DNA of 54,423 nucleotides from Prorocentrum cordatum (lineage: Eukaryota), in NCBI GenBank assembly GCA_963575745.1, contig CAUYUJ010000241.1, positions 62,001-116,423 on the forward strand, read 5' to 3'. Positions 54,417-54,423 of the stretch are shown one piece after another; position 1 is the stretch's first letter, and every line of letters starts with the position of its first letter. The position numbers and the translations under genes are program-made. The notes beneath the pieces are model-generated. The model saw only the letters and a program-made list of their open reading frames with translations, was not told the origin of the DNA and searched no databases.

Positions 54417-54423
54417 GCTACTA
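54039..54423. repeat. (CTA)n microsatellite running off the window end
   Basis: Direct inspection. Confidence 0.97.

Noticed and set aside
54039..54423. Terminal repeat as a telomere
   Set aside because: The unit is CTA, not the TTTAGGG-type repeat reported for dinoflagellate telomeres.

Overview
GC-rich eukaryotic genomic DNA, almost certainly a dinoflagellate: it carries three copies of the 22-nt dinoflagellate spliced leader (DinoSL, DCCGTAGCCATTTTGGCTCAAG) and GA/GC intron donors. A Prorocentrum-like genome is my inference. The window is mostly intronic and intergenic space around a + strand host gene (COG3044/PF09818-type ABC-class ATPase), seen as four tiny exons over 23 kb. That space is filled with trinucleotide microsatellites, mainly (CCT)n, and mobile DNA. 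There are two intact non-LTR retrotransposons (182-7740 APE-RT; 28025-35182 APE-RT-RNase H), one SL-headed non-autonomous retrocopy (7920-9549), two decayed full-length LINEs, several RTE and RNase H fragments, two MITE types and dispersed satellite-bearing elements. Main finding: all three SL-headed elements begin exactly with a DinoSL (one with SL plus relict SL), sit in (CCT)n tracts in the same orientation as the host gene, and have no poly(A). In both intact LINEs the ORF2 frame stays open across all of ORF1. I infer a promoter-less LINE life cycle driven by trans-splicing, in which the microsatellite target doubles as the polypyrimidine tract of the trans-splice acceptor.
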